64,000 nt of DNA from Burkholderiales bacterium (GCA_030833315.1 JAURHM010000004.1:6720-70719); one strand, 5' to 3'; positions 1-10,457 are shown, numbered from the stretch's first letter. Notes: generated by a model from the letters alone, not told the origin. Program-made: numbers and translations.

Positions 1-1290
1 AAACGCATTGCTGTTGTCGGCTCCGGCATTGCCGGTCTGTCGGCGGCGTGGCTGTTGTCGGGGGCCCATGCGGTGACGCTGTTCGAGGCCAATGACTACC
101 TCGGTGGGCATACCCATACCGTCGATGTCACGCTCGATGGCATCACCGCGCCGGTGGATACCGGTTTTCTGGTGTTCAACGAACGTACCTATCCCAATCT
201 GATCGCGCTGTTTGATCATCTCGGGGTGACTTCCACCGCCAGCGACATGTCGTTCTCGGTGAAACTGGAAGCCGAGCGCCTGGAATGGGCGGGCAGCAAC
301 CTGTCTACGGTATTTGCGCAGCGGCGCAATCTGTTGCGGCCGACGTTCTGGGGCATGCTCAGCGATATCCTGCGTTTCAACCGGGAAGCGGGCGCCATGG
401 CGCAGGGGCAAAATGATTCTGAGCAATCCTTGGGAGCGTTCCTTGTTGCCGGCGGATATGGCCGAGCATTCCGCGATTGGTATCTGCTGCCGATGGCCGG
501 CGCCATCTGGTCCTGTCCGACGGCGACGATGTTGCAGTATCCGGCGCGCACTTTTTTCAGGTTTTGCGCCAATCACGGTCTGCTGCAGGTCAGCGACCGT
601 CCGCAATGGCGCACCGTTAACGGCGGTGCACGCAGCTATGTCGAAAAGCTGGCTGCTGCCTTGCCCGATGTGCGGCTGAACTGCCCGGTTGCGCAGGTGC
701 GGCGCGATTCGTCCGGCGCCGAACTGCGTTTTGCAGATGGCACAGCAGAACACTTTGATGAGGTGGTGCTCGCCTGTCACAGCGATCAGGCCCTGGCGCT
801 TCTCGCCGATGCCGACGTCATCGAGCGACGCCTGCTGGCCGCGATCGAGTATCAGGACAACGATGTTGTGCTGCATACTGATGAGCAGTTTCTGCCGCGT
901 CGCCGCTCGGCTTGGTCGGCGTGGAACTACCACGCCGACCAAGCCGAGAATGGCAGACGGCCCGTGGGCGTCAGTTACCTGATCAACAAGCTGCAGCCGC
1001 TGCCGTTCAGCCGTCCGGTGATTGTCACGCTTAACCCGGTACGCGAGCCGCAAACCGGCCATGTCATCGAGCGTTATCGCTACGCACATCCGGTGTTTGA
1101 TCTCGGCGCCGTTGCCGCGCAGGCGCAACTGCCGCAATTGCAGGGCCGGCATCACACCTGGTATTGCGGCGCCTGGGCCGGTTATGGTTTTCACGAAGAC
1201 GGTCTCAAGGCCGGCATGGCCGTTGCCGCCGGCCTGGGCGTGACGGCGCCCTGGCTTGCCCGGGCCGAGGCACTGAAGGCGGCAGCATGA
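1..1290 (+). CDS. FAD-dependent oxidoreductase, amine-oxidase/phytoene-desaturase-like (5' end cut by window edge)
   Basis: Frame 1 is open from nt 1. Nt 1-60 read KRIAVVGSGIAGLSAAWLLS (GxGxxG Rossmann motif) and continue into the ORF-track protein (EANDYLGGHTHTV...). Stop 1288-1290 overlaps the next start (ATGA). Confidence 0.85.
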   Translation, partial: KRIAVVGSGIAGLSAAWLLSGAHAVTLFEANDYLGGHTHTVDVTLDGITAPVDTGFLVFNERTYPNLIALFDHLGVTSTASDMSFSVKLEAERLEWAGSNLSTVFAQRRNLLRPTFWGMLSDILRFNREAGAMAQGQNDSEQSLGAFLVAGGYGRAFRDWYLLPMAGAIWSCPTATMLQYPARTFFRFCANHGLLQVSDRPQWRTVNGGARSYVEKLAAALPDVRLNCPVAQVRRDSSGAELRFADGTAEHFDEVVLACHSDQALALLADADVIERRLLAAIEYQDNDVVLHTDEQFLPRRRSAWSAWNYHADQAENGRRPVGVSYLINKLQPLPFSRPVIVTLNPVREPQTGHVIERYRYAHPVFDLGAVAAQAQLPQLQGRHHTWYCGAWAGYGFHEDGLKAGMAVAAGLGVTAPWLARAEALKAAA

Positions 1291-2060
1291 GCGTGACGTT
1301 TTCAGGCGCGCGACTGTATTGCGGCGAAGTGCTGCACCGCCGGCTGGCCCCCGCCGTGCACGCCTTCCGTCAGGGCGTGTTTTTTCTGCGTTTGCGTATC
1401 GACGGGCCCGAACAGTCGCTGCCGGCACTGTGCTCGCGCAACCGCTGGAACCTGTGCAGTTTTTACGATGCCGATCACGGTCCGCGCGACGGCAGTCGCC
1501 TGGAGCCGTGGATCCGCGGCCTTCTGACCCTTCATGGCCTGTCCTGCGCCGACGGCGCGATCTGGCTGCAGACGTTTCCGCGCGTGCTGGGTTATGTATT
1601 CAATCCCGTCAGCTTCTGGCTGTGCCATGACCGCGCCGGCGCGCTGCGTGCCGTTCTCGCCGAAGTCAGCAATACCTTCGGCGAACATCACAACTATCTG
1701 GTGGCGCATGACGATGCCCGGCCCATTGCGGCGGGGGACTGGCTGCGCGCCCGTAAGGTATTCCACGTATCGCCGTTTTTCCCGGTCAGCGGCGAATACC
1801 GTTTCCGCTTTGCCGATCACCCGGAACGCTGCACTTTTCGCATCGATTATGAAGACGGGCGGGGCAACAGCCTCGTTACCAGCGTCAGTGGCGCTGCACG
1901 GGCGGCGACCACGACCGCGCTGTTGCGCGCTTTTTTCCGTTACCCCTGGATGACGCTGGGTGTGACGCTGCGTATCCATTACCACGCGCTGCGGCTGTGG
2001 CTGAAGCGCGTCCCCTTTTTTGCCAAACCGATTCCTCCTGCAGAAGACACCACAAGATGA
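1287..2060 (+). CDS. DUF1365 family protein
   Basis: ATG 1287 overlaps the upstream stop. MSVTFSGARLYCGEVLHRRL..., YVFNPVSFW and FHVSPF resemble DUF1365 proteins. The ORF-track start at 1164 lies inside the upstream gene. Confidence 0.8.
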   Translation: MSVTFSGARLYCGEVLHRRLAPAVHAFRQGVFFLRLRIDGPEQSLPALCSRNRWNLCSFYDADHGPRDGSRLEPWIRGLLTLHGLSCADGAIWLQTFPRVLGYVFNPVSFWLCHDRAGALRAVLAEVSNTFGEHHNYLVAHDDARPIAAGDWLRARKVFHVSPFFPVSGEYRFRFADHPERCTFRIDYEDGRGNSLVTSVSGAARAATTTALLRAFFRYPWMTLGVTLRIHYHALRLWLKRVPFFAKPIPPAEDTTR

Positions 2061-3268
2061 CGACGACCATGACCGATCGCACGCAGCCGCGCGCCGAACC
2101 CGCGGCTGCACGCTGGATGTTCAAACTGCTTTCGCAATTGCGCTGCGGCAAGATCACGCTGCATGGCCCGGACGGGCGTGCGCAGGAATTTTCCGGCCCG
2201 AAGCCCGGCCCCCATGCGTCTCTGACGCTCGCCGACTGGCAGGTGTGCAGCGATATTCTCAGCCGCGGCGATATCGGGCTTGCCGAAGCCTATATTGCCG
2301 GTCGCGCCAAAACCGATGACCTGACGCAACTGTTGCTGCTCGCGGCGATGAACGAGCAGGCGATTGAGGAGGCTATTCATGGCCGCTGGTGGGCCACGCT
2401 GGCCTACCGCTTGCGCCACTGGCTGCGCCCGAACACGCGCAGCGGCAGCCGCAAAAACATCCATGCCCATTACGACCTCGGCAATGACTTCTACCGGCTG
2501 TGGCTGGATTCGACGATGACCTATTCATCAGCCTTGTTCGAGGGCGATCTAACGCGCAGCCTGGCCGATGCGCAGACGGCGAAATACGCCCGCATTCTGC
2601 GGACGCTCGATGTGCAGCCCGGCCAGCATATTCTTGAGGTCGGCTGCGGCTGGGGTGGTTTCGCCGAACAGGCCGTGCGCGCCGGCTGCCGCGTCACCGG
2701 TATTACCATCTCCGCGGCCCAGCTCGAATATGCGCAACGCCGCATCGCTGCCGCCGGTCTTCAGGATCGTGTCGAACTCCGGCTGCAGGATTACCGCGAT
2801 CTCGAGGGACAGTTTGACCATGTGGTGTCGATCGAAATGTTCGAGGCTGTAGGGGAACGCTACTGGCCGGGTTTTTTCAGCATGCTGCGTGACCGTCTGA
2901 AGCCCGGCGGTCGCGCGCTGGTGCAGAGCATCACCATTGCCGAGTCGAAGTTCGAGCGCTACCGCACGGGTACCGATTTCATCCAGCAATACATCTTCCC
3001 CGGCGGCATGCTGCCGTCGCCGCAGCGTTTCGGGGAAGTCGCCGCAGGGCAGGGCATGACTGTCGAAGAAATGCATCAGTTCGGGCTGGATTACGCCGAG
3101 ACGCTGCGGCGCTGGCACCAAGTATTTGATTATGCGGCGCCGCAGGTCCGTGAGCTGGGCTTTGACGAACGCTTCATGCGAACCTGGCGTTTTTATCTGG
3201 CCTACTGTGAAGCCGGTTTCCGTGCCCGTGCCACCGATGTGGTGCAGGCGGTGCTGGTTCATGCCTAA
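2057..3268 (+). CDS. cyclopropane-fatty-acyl-phospholipid synthase family SAM-dependent methyltransferase
   Basis: ATG 2057 (ATGA overlap with upstream stop). HYDLGNDFY and the SAM-binding motif ILEVGCGWGGFA are typical of the CFA/mycolic-acid synthase family. Confidence 0.88.
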   Translation: MTTTMTDRTQPRAEPAAARWMFKLLSQLRCGKITLHGPDGRAQEFSGPKPGPHASLTLADWQVCSDILSRGDIGLAEAYIAGRAKTDDLTQLLLLAAMNEQAIEEAIHGRWWATLAYRLRHWLRPNTRSGSRKNIHAHYDLGNDFYRLWLDSTMTYSSALFEGDLTRSLADAQTAKYARILRTLDVQPGQHILEVGCGWGGFAEQAVRAGCRVTGITISAAQLEYAQRRIAAAGLQDRVELRLQDYRDLEGQFDHVVSIEMFEAVGERYWPGFFSMLRDRLKPGGRALVQSITIAESKFERYRTGTDFIQQYIFPGGMLPSPQRFGEVAAGQGMTVEEMHQFGLDYAETLRRWHQVFDYAAPQVRELGFDERFMRTWRFYLAYCEAGFRARATDVVQAVLVHA

Positions 3269-3806
3269 GCCCGTTGTATTGGCGCTGGCCCTGTGGTTTG
3301 CCGTGCCGGCCGCGGCGGTCAACGCGCCGGCAGAACTCCCGCCGGCGGTTTGCAGTGCGCTGGAGACCTGCCGCATGGTCGGCAAGGGACGCCTGCGCTG
3401 GTGGGGCTTCCATGTCTATGACGCGGCCCTGTGGTCGCGCGACGGACGCTGGCAGGCGGATGCGCCTTATGCGCTGGATATTGTCTACGCACGTCAGGCG
3501 ACCAGCGTGCAAATCGCCGAAACCAGCATCGGTGAAATGCGCCGGCTGGGCGCGAAGGATGAAACCAAGCTGGCGCGCTGGGATGCGGCGATGCGCAGCA
3601 CCTTCCCCGATGTGCAGGCCGGCAGCCGGCTGATCGGTGTTTACCGGCCGCAGCGCGGCGCACAGTTTTATTCTTCAACGCGGTTGCTAGGCACCATCGA
3701 GGATCACGAGTTCTCAAGGTTTTTCTTCGGCATCTGGCTCGACCCGCGTACCCAGAAACCGGATCTGCGCACGGCGCTGCTGGGCGGCAGCGAAAGTGCT
3801 GACTAA
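3261..3806 (+). CDS. chalcone-isomerase-like secreted protein
   Basis: ATG 3261 overlaps the cfa-like stop. Signal peptide MPKPVVLALALWFAVPAAAVNA. WWGFHVYDAALW is typical of the chalcone-isomerase-like family that accompanies cfa-type genes. Confidence 0.7.
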   Translation: MPKPVVLALALWFAVPAAAVNAPAELPPAVCSALETCRMVGKGRLRWWGFHVYDAALWSRDGRWQADAPYALDIVYARQATSVQIAETSIGEMRRLGAKDETKLARWDAAMRSTFPDVQAGSRLIGVYRPQRGAQFYSSTRLLGTIEDHEFSRFFFGIWLDPRTQKPDLRTALLGGSESAD

Positions 3807-5085
3807 AACGGCGCTGGCTGCCTACGCCGCGGTTGCACTGCCGATCGCCGCGGCGGCTTTGCCGGTGCATGTGCAGGTACCGAAGTTTTATTCGGTGCTG
3901 GGACTGGATCTCGCGATGATTGGTGCAGTGCTGCTGGGTGTTCGTCTGCTGGATGCCGTCAGCGACCCCTTGCTCGTTGCGCTGGCGGATCGTGTGCCCC
4001 GATGTTATGGCGGGCACAAAGCAATGATCGCCGGCGCCGTGCCTTTGCTGGCAGCGGGGCTGTGGCTGCTGTTCAACCCGCCGGGCCAGGCGTCGCTGCT
4101 GCCATGTTTGATCGCTGCACTGATACTCACTTATGCCGGTTTGAGCGCGGCCAGCATCGGTCACATGGCTCTGGGCAGCGCGCTGTCCCGGGACTATGCC
4201 GAGCGTACCCGGATCACCGCGACCCGCGGTGTTGCTGCACTGGCCGGCGTATTGTGCGCAGCGGTGATTCCGGAGTGGCTGGTTCAGCGGCAAGGCGCTG
4301 CTGACGGACTGGCCTGGTTTGCGCTGGGTTATGTGCCGGTCCTGGTACTGGCTGCAGTCATTACGCTGCGGGCCGGTCCTGCTTCCGCGGTTGATGCGCC
4401 TCCCCGTGCCGTTTCATTCACCGCACTGTTTCTACCTTTGCGCAACCCGCGGTTCCGGCGGCTGGCGCTGGTGTTTCTGATCAATGGCGTGGCCGCAGCG
4501 GTCCCGGCGACGTTGCTGCTGTTTTTTGCCGCCGACGTTCTGCAACGTGCCGATCTGACGCCGTTGTTTTTGCTGGTTTATTTCATCGCGGGTGCTGCGG
4601 GGATGCCGTTCTGGGTGCGCTTTGCGGTGCGCGCCGGCAAGGTTTGCGCGTGGCTGCTGGCGATGGTGATGGCGGTGGCGGCGTTTGTCTGGGCAGCGTT
4701 TCTTGGGGCCGGCGATGCGGCTGCATTCGTCGCGGTGTGCGTGCTTTCCGGTTTTGCCTTCGGCGCCGATCTGGCGCTGCCGGCTTCGCTGCTTGCCGAC
4801 CTGATCGATGACGATGAGGATGCCTGCGGACGTCCCGACGGCGCCTACTTCGGGTTGTGGCATCTGCTGGAAAAACTGGCGTTGGCACTGGCTGCCGGCA
4901 TCACCTTGCCCTTGCTGCAATGGTTGGGTTACCAGCCGGGATCGGCAGCGGGTGCGGGATCGGCACTGTCTCTGGTCTACGCCTTGCTGCCCTGTGTGAT
5001 CAAGCTGTCGGCGGCGGCTTTGCTGGCTTTGACAGTCATCGACACGGGGCATGTCGCGGAGTCTCTGAAAGGAAGTGATACATGA
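3796..5085 (+). CDS. MFS transporter (glycoside-pentoside-hexuronide/cation symporter-like)
   Basis: 429-aa polytopic membrane protein. GTG start overlaps the upstream gene. RLLDAVSDPLL motif resembles the MFS_2/GPH family. Confidence 0.75.
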   Translation: MLTKTALAAYAAVALPIAAAALPVHVQVPKFYSVLGLDLAMIGAVLLGVRLLDAVSDPLLVALADRVPRCYGGHKAMIAGAVPLLAAGLWLLFNPPGQASLLPCLIAALILTYAGLSAASIGHMALGSALSRDYAERTRITATRGVAALAGVLCAAVIPEWLVQRQGAADGLAWFALGYVPVLVLAAVITLRAGPASAVDAPPRAVSFTALFLPLRNPRFRRLALVFLINGVAAAVPATLLLFFAADVLQRADLTPLFLLVYFIAGAAGMPFWVRFAVRAGKVCAWLLAMVMAVAAFVWAAFLGAGDAAAFVAVCVLSGFAFGADLALPASLLADLIDDDEDACGRPDGAYFGLWHLLEKLALALAAGITLPLLQWLGYQPGSAAGAGSALSLVYALLPCVIKLSAAALLALTVIDTGHVAESLKGSDT

Positions 5086-5612
5086 ATTTTTTCAAGGTGA
5101 TGTTCACGCTGCTGTTGATGCTGGTTGCGGGCTGCGGATCCGTTCCCGTCGAGGAGTACCGGGACGAGCGTCCGGCGCTCGACCTGCGCCGTTACTTTGA
5201 CGGCACCATCGATGCCTGGGGCATGTTCCAGGATCGCAGTGGCAAGTTGGTGAAACGCTTCACCGTACGGATCGATGCCCGCTGGTCCGGCAATACGGGG
5301 ACCCTGGATGAACATTTCGAGTATTCTGACGGCAGTAAAAGCCGCAGGGTGTGGAAACTGGAGCGTATCAATGAAAACCGCTATCGCGGTACGGCGGATG
5401 ACGTGGTCGGCGCGGCTACCGGCGAATTGTACGGTAACGCATTGCGCTGGCAGTACGTGCTGAAACTGGATATCGACGGTCGCGTCTGGGAAGTGGATTT
5501 CGATGACTGGATGTATCTGATGGACGATCAGGTCATGCTCAACCGTTCGGTGATGAGCAAGTACGGCGTGCGCCTTGGCGAAGTGACCCTGAGTTTCCGG
5601 CGACGGCCATGA
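5082..5612 (+). CDS. DUF3833 family lipoprotein
   Basis: Lipobox LLMLVAG|C. ATGA overlap with the MFS stop. Size and sequence are typical of DUF3833. Confidence 0.7.
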   Translation: MNFFKVMFTLLLMLVAGCGSVPVEEYRDERPALDLRRYFDGTIDAWGMFQDRSGKLVKRFTVRIDARWSGNTGTLDEHFEYSDGSKSRRVWKLERINENRYRGTADDVVGAATGELYGNALRWQYVLKLDIDGRVWEVDFDDWMYLMDDQVMLNRSVMSKYGVRLGEVTLSFRRRP

Positions 5613-6385
5613 GTCTTAATTCCCTCATCACTGACTGGCGCGGCCGGCGTGTCTGGATTGTCGGTGCGTCCAGCGGCATCGGTGAAGGACTGGCGACAGC
5701 ACTGCTGGCGCGCGGCGCGCGTGTGGCATTGTCGGCGAGGCGTGCGGACGCACTCGAAAAAATGGCGGCTGCGCATGGGGAGCAGGCGCTGGCGATTCCG
5801 CTGGATGTCACGGATGCCGCCGCGGTTGCGCCGGCCTTGCTTCGCGTGCTGTCGGCTTGGGGCGGCGTGGATCTGGTTGTGTTGTGTTCGGGCACGCACC
5901 AGCCGGTGCGTGCCTGGGATCTCGATGCGGGCGAGGCCCGTCGACTGGTCGACGTCAATATCAACGGCGTGTTCAACTGCCTTGCCCCGGTGGTGCAGCA
6001 ATTGCTGCAGCAGCGCGCGGGTGGTGTTGCGGTGGTGTCGAGCGTTGCCGGTTACGGCGGGCTGCCGACGGCGCTGGTCTACGGTGCGACCAAGGCGGCG
6101 CTGATCAATATCGCGGAGACGCTGTATCTGGATCTCGCGCCGCGCGGCATCAATGTTTACATGATCAATCCCGGTTTTGTCAAAACGCCGCTGACAGACC
6201 GCAACACCTTTGGGATGCCGGCGCTGATCAGCGTGGAGGATGCGGCGAAGGCCATCATCGTCGGTTTTGAGTGCGGCGATTTCGAAATCCATTTTCCGAA
6301 ACGCTTCACACGGTGGCTCAAACTACTGCGTCTGCTGCCTTACCGGTGGTATTTTGCGTTGGTGCACAAAGGGACGGGGTTATGA
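5609..6385 (+). CDS. short-chain dehydrogenase/reductase (SDR)
   Basis: VWIVGASSGIGEG (TGxxxGIG-type) and YGATKAA (YxxxK) motifs. ATGA overlap with the upstream stop. Confidence 0.88.
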   Translation: MSLNSLITDWRGRRVWIVGASSGIGEGLATALLARGARVALSARRADALEKMAAAHGEQALAIPLDVTDAAAVAPALLRVLSAWGGVDLVVLCSGTHQPVRAWDLDAGEARRLVDVNINGVFNCLAPVVQQLLQQRAGGVAVVSSVAGYGGLPTALVYGATKAALINIAETLYLDLAPRGINVYMINPGFVKTPLTDRNTFGMPALISVEDAAKAIIVGFECGDFEIHFPKRFTRWLKLLRLLPYRWYFALVHKGTGL

Positions 6386-6843
6386 CGCCGCAAACAATGA
6401 CGCCGCAACAACGGGTCGATGCGCTGGTGCGGTATTTTGAAACCCTGACGCTGCAGTCCATCCCCGATTTGCCAAAGTACTATGCCGCGGACTGCCGCTT
6501 CCGTGATCCCTTTAACGATGTCCGCGGGATTGCCGCGGCGCAGGCGATTTTTCACCACATGTTTGAGCGTCTAGAGGATCCCCGTTTTTTTGTGCGCGAG
6601 CGCGTGGCGGATGAGACGCGTGTGATGCTGACCTGGGATTTCGAGTTCCGTTTCCGCGCCTGGCAGCCGCATCAGACGCAGCGTATTCATGGCGCGAGCC
6701 TGATGACCTTTGATACGGAAGGTCTTGTCGCGGCGCATCGCGATTACTGGGATGCTGCCGAAGAACTCTATGAAAAGCTTCCACTGCTGGGCCCGCTGCT
6801 GCGGCTGCTGAAACGACAAGGGCGCCCGAAGGCGCCCTTGTAA
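6382..6843 (+). CDS. NTF2/SnoaL-like fold protein
   Basis: ATG 6382 overlaps the SDR stop (ATGA). About 153 aa, size and pattern of the SnoaL-like family. The ORF-track start at 6271 lies inside the SDR gene. Confidence 0.6.
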   Translation: MTPQTMTPQQRVDALVRYFETLTLQSIPDLPKYYAADCRFRDPFNDVRGIAAAQAIFHHMFERLEDPRFFVRERVADETRVMLTWDFEFRFRAWQPHQTQRIHGASLMTFDTEGLVAAHRDYWDAAEELYEKLPLLGPLLRLLKRQGRPKAPL

Positions 6844-6860
6844 ATATCTGTTTTATTGAA

Positions 6861-7427
6861 TTAATCCAGATATTCAAAGACGCGGACGACCTTGGTGACG
6901 CCGCCCGTGGTGCGCGCGATTTCCGTGGCATTTGCGGCTTCCTGCTTTTTCACCATGCCGAGCAGATAGACCACACTGTCTTCGGTGACAACCTTGACGT
7001 GTAGCGCGCCGAACTTGTTGGCATCGACGAAGCGCGCCTTCACCTTGGAGGTGATGACCGAATCATTGGTGCGGGTCTGGATGGAAGTATTGGGGCCGAC
7101 TTTCAACTCATTGAACACATTGCGCACGTTTTCAACCGCGCGCGTGATGCGTTCGGCCTCGGCTTTGATCGCTTCGCTAGGTACTTCGCCGGTCAGCAGC
7201 ACCATGCGGTTATAGCTGGTGATGTTGATGTGGGCGTCTTTGGCTTTTTCCTCGATCCGCGAGGCGGCTTTCAGTTCGATGCCCTGGTCTTCGGTGATGG
7301 TGCCCACCGTGCGGCGGTCTTCCGCCATCACAACACCGGTGGCTGCCGCGCCCCCGATTACAACCGCGGCACAGCCGGATACGACAGGCAACAGCGCGAT
7401 GCAGGTCAATGTGATCAGTTTGCGCAT
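6861..7427 (-). CDS. dolP: BON-domain outer-membrane lipoprotein DolP (YraP)
   Basis: Lipobox LLPVVSG|C and two BON-type repeats. Position matches the E. coli yraL-yraP block. Confidence 0.8.
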   Translation of the reverse strand: MRKLITLTCIALLPVVSGCAAVVIGGAAATGVVMAEDRRTVGTITEDQGIELKAASRIEEKAKDAHINITSYNRMVLLTGEVPSEAIKAEAERITRAVENVRNVFNELKVGPNTSIQTRTNDSVITSKVKARFVDANKFGALHVKVVTEDSVVYLLGMVKKQEAANATEIARTTGGVTKVVRVFEYLD

Positions 7428-8036
<609 letters not shown>

Positions 8037-8056
8037 CTAATGAGTGAATCGACCAG

Positions 8057-8398
8057 TCAGGCTTCAAAGGCGTTGCGCAGCCATTCAAGCTGTGGCGGGT
8101 CGCCGGTGATCAGCACGGCGTCGAAGCGGCAGGCCGGCTCGGATGAAAGTGTCGCCAAATAGTGACGCGCGGCTTTCAGCAGCCTGTCCTGTTTTGCGGT
8201 CGTAATGCTGGCCGCGGCGCCGCCAAAGGCGCCGTTGGCGCGGCTGCGTACTTCAACGAAGACCACCGTTTCGTCGTCCCGTGCGATCAGGTCAATTTCG
8301 CCGTAGCGGCAGCGGTAGTTGCGAGCGGTGATGGCGAGCCCCTGCTTCTGCAGGAATGCAGCGGCGAGCGCTTCGCCCTGTTCACCGCGCGGATTCAC
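8057..8398 (-). CDS. yraN: YraN family (UPF0102) endonuclease-like protein
   Basis: 113 aa with GEIDLIA...VFVEVR motif. Conserved position next to lpoA/rsmI. Confidence 0.8.
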   Translation of the reverse strand: MNPRGEQGEALAAAFLQKQGLAITARNYRCRYGEIDLIARDDETVVFVEVRSRANGAFGGAAASITTAKQDRLLKAARHYLATLSSEPACRFDAVLITGDPPQLEWLRNAFEA

Positions 8399-9491
8399 GT
8401 GAGGCGGTTTCCGCGAGACGGGCCTTGCCGTCGATGAAGCGTCCGGCGCGCAGTGTGCGGTCGATGATGCCGCCGGGTCCCAGTGTCAGTTCGCCGGTGA
8501 CGCCGTCGAGTTTCAGGCTGCGTTCGCCGGCCAGCAACATCTTGGCGATGCGCCAGGCATCGATGCCGAGCGCATACAGTCTTTCGAATTCGGCGCTGCC
8601 CGGTTCGGGGCGCGGATAACCCATTACTGCCGGATGATCCGGTTCAATCAGCCAGGGCATGTCGACAAAGCTGACATTGGCCAGATCAAAGGCAGCGAGC
8701 GGACCGCGCTCCCCGGCGTAAACGCTGGAAGTGGCGTAGGCCGGGATTGCGCCGAGATAGGCGCATACGGCGCGGGCTTCGTCGTGATCGAGGGCCAGAA
8801 ATACCATGTCCGCCTCCGGGCGGAACGCGGCTTTCAGGCGCGCGGGATCGGGCGCAATGCTTTCCGCCAGCACGGTGCCGCCAAGACGCAAGAATTCACC
8901 GGCAAAGGCCGACTGCATGCGTTTCTGTACCGCATTCGCGCCGGTGATGATCAGCGCCTTGCGCCGGTTTTCGCGAAAGGCCATCTGTGCCGCCTGGCGG
9001 GCTTCCCTTTCAACCTGCAGGCTGAGCATGAACAGGTTTTCCGGTGCGCGACCGGTCTTGTCGGGAATGTTGAGGGCAAGTGTCTGCACCGGAACCGGTT
9101 CGCCGAAAGCCAGTGCGGTTACGGCATCCCGTGTCAGCGGGCCGACGATGATCCGGGCGCCGGCGCTGATGGCGGCACGATAGTTTCTCAGCGCATCGGC
9201 GACATCCTCGTTTACCGGATATTCGCGTACCGGCAATACCGATTTGCCCTGTGCTTTTGCCGCAGCCAGAAAACCGTCACGCAGCGCGCCCGCATGCCGG
9301 GCGTAGACCTTGGCGCGGGTGGGCAGGAGCAGGGCGATATGCGGAGTCGATGCTGCAGCAGGTGTCGCGGCCGGTGCCGTGGCTGCGGCTTCGCTGGCCA
9401 ATGCCGCGGGTGCTCCGTATAGTACGGACGCCAGCGCGACTCCAGCGAGACAGCGGGCGGCAATACGGCGCAGCAGATGGGCATTGATCAT
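8382..9491 (-). CDS. penicillin-binding protein activator LpoA-like periplasmic protein
   Basis: Signal peptide (…GAPAALA|SEA) followed by a type-1 periplasmic-binding-protein-like domain. Divergent from rsmI as in E. coli. Lacks the long N-terminal TPR domain of E. coli LpoA. Confidence 0.7.
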   Translation of the reverse strand: MINAHLLRRIAARCLAGVALASVLYGAPAALASEAAATAPAATPAAASTPHIALLLPTRAKVYARHAGALRDGFLAAAKAQGKSVLPVREYPVNEDVADALRNYRAAISAGARIIVGPLTRDAVTALAFGEPVPVQTLALNIPDKTGRAPENLFMLSLQVEREARQAAQMAFRENRRKALIITGANAVQKRMQSAFAGEFLRLGGTVLAESIAPDPARLKAAFRPEADMVFLALDHDEARAVCAYLGAIPAYATSSVYAGERGPLAAFDLANVSFVDMPWLIEPDHPAVMGYPRPEPGSAEFERLYALGIDAWRIAKMLLAGERSLKLDGVTGELTLGPGGIIDRTLRAGRFIDGKARLAETASRESAR

Positions 9492-9515
9492 TGCAATCCG
9501 GCGACAGGAAACGGC

Positions 9516-10376
9516 GTGGGCACGGAAACGAAGGCAGGCACGGCGACATTATATGTAGTCGCAACCCCGATCGGAAATCTCTCCGATATCACTTTGCGCG
9601 CGCTCGAGGTGCTGAAGTCCGTCCATGTGATTGCCGCCGAAGATACGCGAATGACATCACGGTTGCTGGAACGCCATGGCATCGCGGGCAAACTGATGGC
9701 TGTTCATGAACACAATGAACGTGCGTCCGCCGAACGCATTGCTGGCCTGCTTGCCGAAGGCCAGTCGGTGGCCTTGGTCAGCGACGCTGGTACACCCGCA
9801 ATTTCGGATCCCGGCGCGAAGGTTGTTGCCGCAGTGCGTGATGCGGGTTATCCGGTGGTGCCGGTGCCGGGGCCCAGCGCAGTGGTTGCCGCGCTGTCGG
9901 CCGCTGGATTTGAAAACAGCCGATTTCTGTTCTGCGGATTTTTGCCGGCCCGTGCGGGCGAGCGTCGCGGGGCGCTGGCAGATCTCGCCGGCGAACCGGC
10001 GACGCTGGTGTTTTACGAAGCGCCGCATCGCGTGGTCGAGTGCGTGACTGACCTCTGCGCTGCGCTGGGTGGTGATCGCGCTATTGTTTTTGCGCGGGAA
10101 TTGACCAAAATCCATGAAACCATCCATCGCTGCCGGCTGGATGAGGCGGTGGCCTGGCTGGAAGCCGATGACAACCGTCAGCGCGGTGAATTCGTGCTGC
10201 TGGTGGCGGGTGCGCCCGAGACCGGAGACGACGATGCGGCCGATTTCGATGGCACGCTGAAGATCCTGCTCGATGAGCTGCCGCTGAAGCAGGCGGTGGC
10301 GCTGGCGGTAAAACTCACCGGCGGCAGCCGCAATGTGCTTTATGAACGCGCACTGGCGCTCAAGGACGGCGAGTGA
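9516..10376 (+). CDS. rsmI: 16S rRNA (cytidine1402-2'-O)-methyltransferase
   Basis: TLYVVATPIGNLSDITLRALEVL and AAEDTR motifs. The ORF-track ATG 9477 would overlap the divergent lpoA-like start by 15 nt, so the in-frame GTG 9516 is preferred. Start is uncertain. Confidence 0.88.
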   Translation: MGTETKAGTATLYVVATPIGNLSDITLRALEVLKSVHVIAAEDTRMTSRLLERHGIAGKLMAVHEHNERASAERIAGLLAEGQSVALVSDAGTPAISDPGAKVVAAVRDAGYPVVPVPGPSAVVAALSAAGFENSRFLFCGFLPARAGERRGALADLAGEPATLVFYEAPHRVVECVTDLCAALGGDRAIVFARELTKIHETIHRCRLDEAVAWLEADDNRQRGEFVLLVAGAPETGDDDAADFDGTLKILLDELPLKQAVALAVKLTGGSRNVLYERALALKDGE

Positions 10377-10457
10377 CCAACGATATTCCGGCGTCTGCGA
10401 ATTTACGGCAGCGCGCGCAGCGTTTACCATCGGGCTGACATTCACCCGACGACTCCG

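Noticed and set aside
4883-4897. TGGCAC sequence resembling a sigma54 -24 element
   Set aside because: It lies inside the MFS coding region and lacks the TTGC -12 element at the right spacing.
9477-9491. Apparent 15-nt overlap of the divergent lpoA-like and rsmI start codons
   Set aside because: Most simply explained by rsmI starting at the in-frame GTG 9516. Not treated as a real head-to-head coding overlap.
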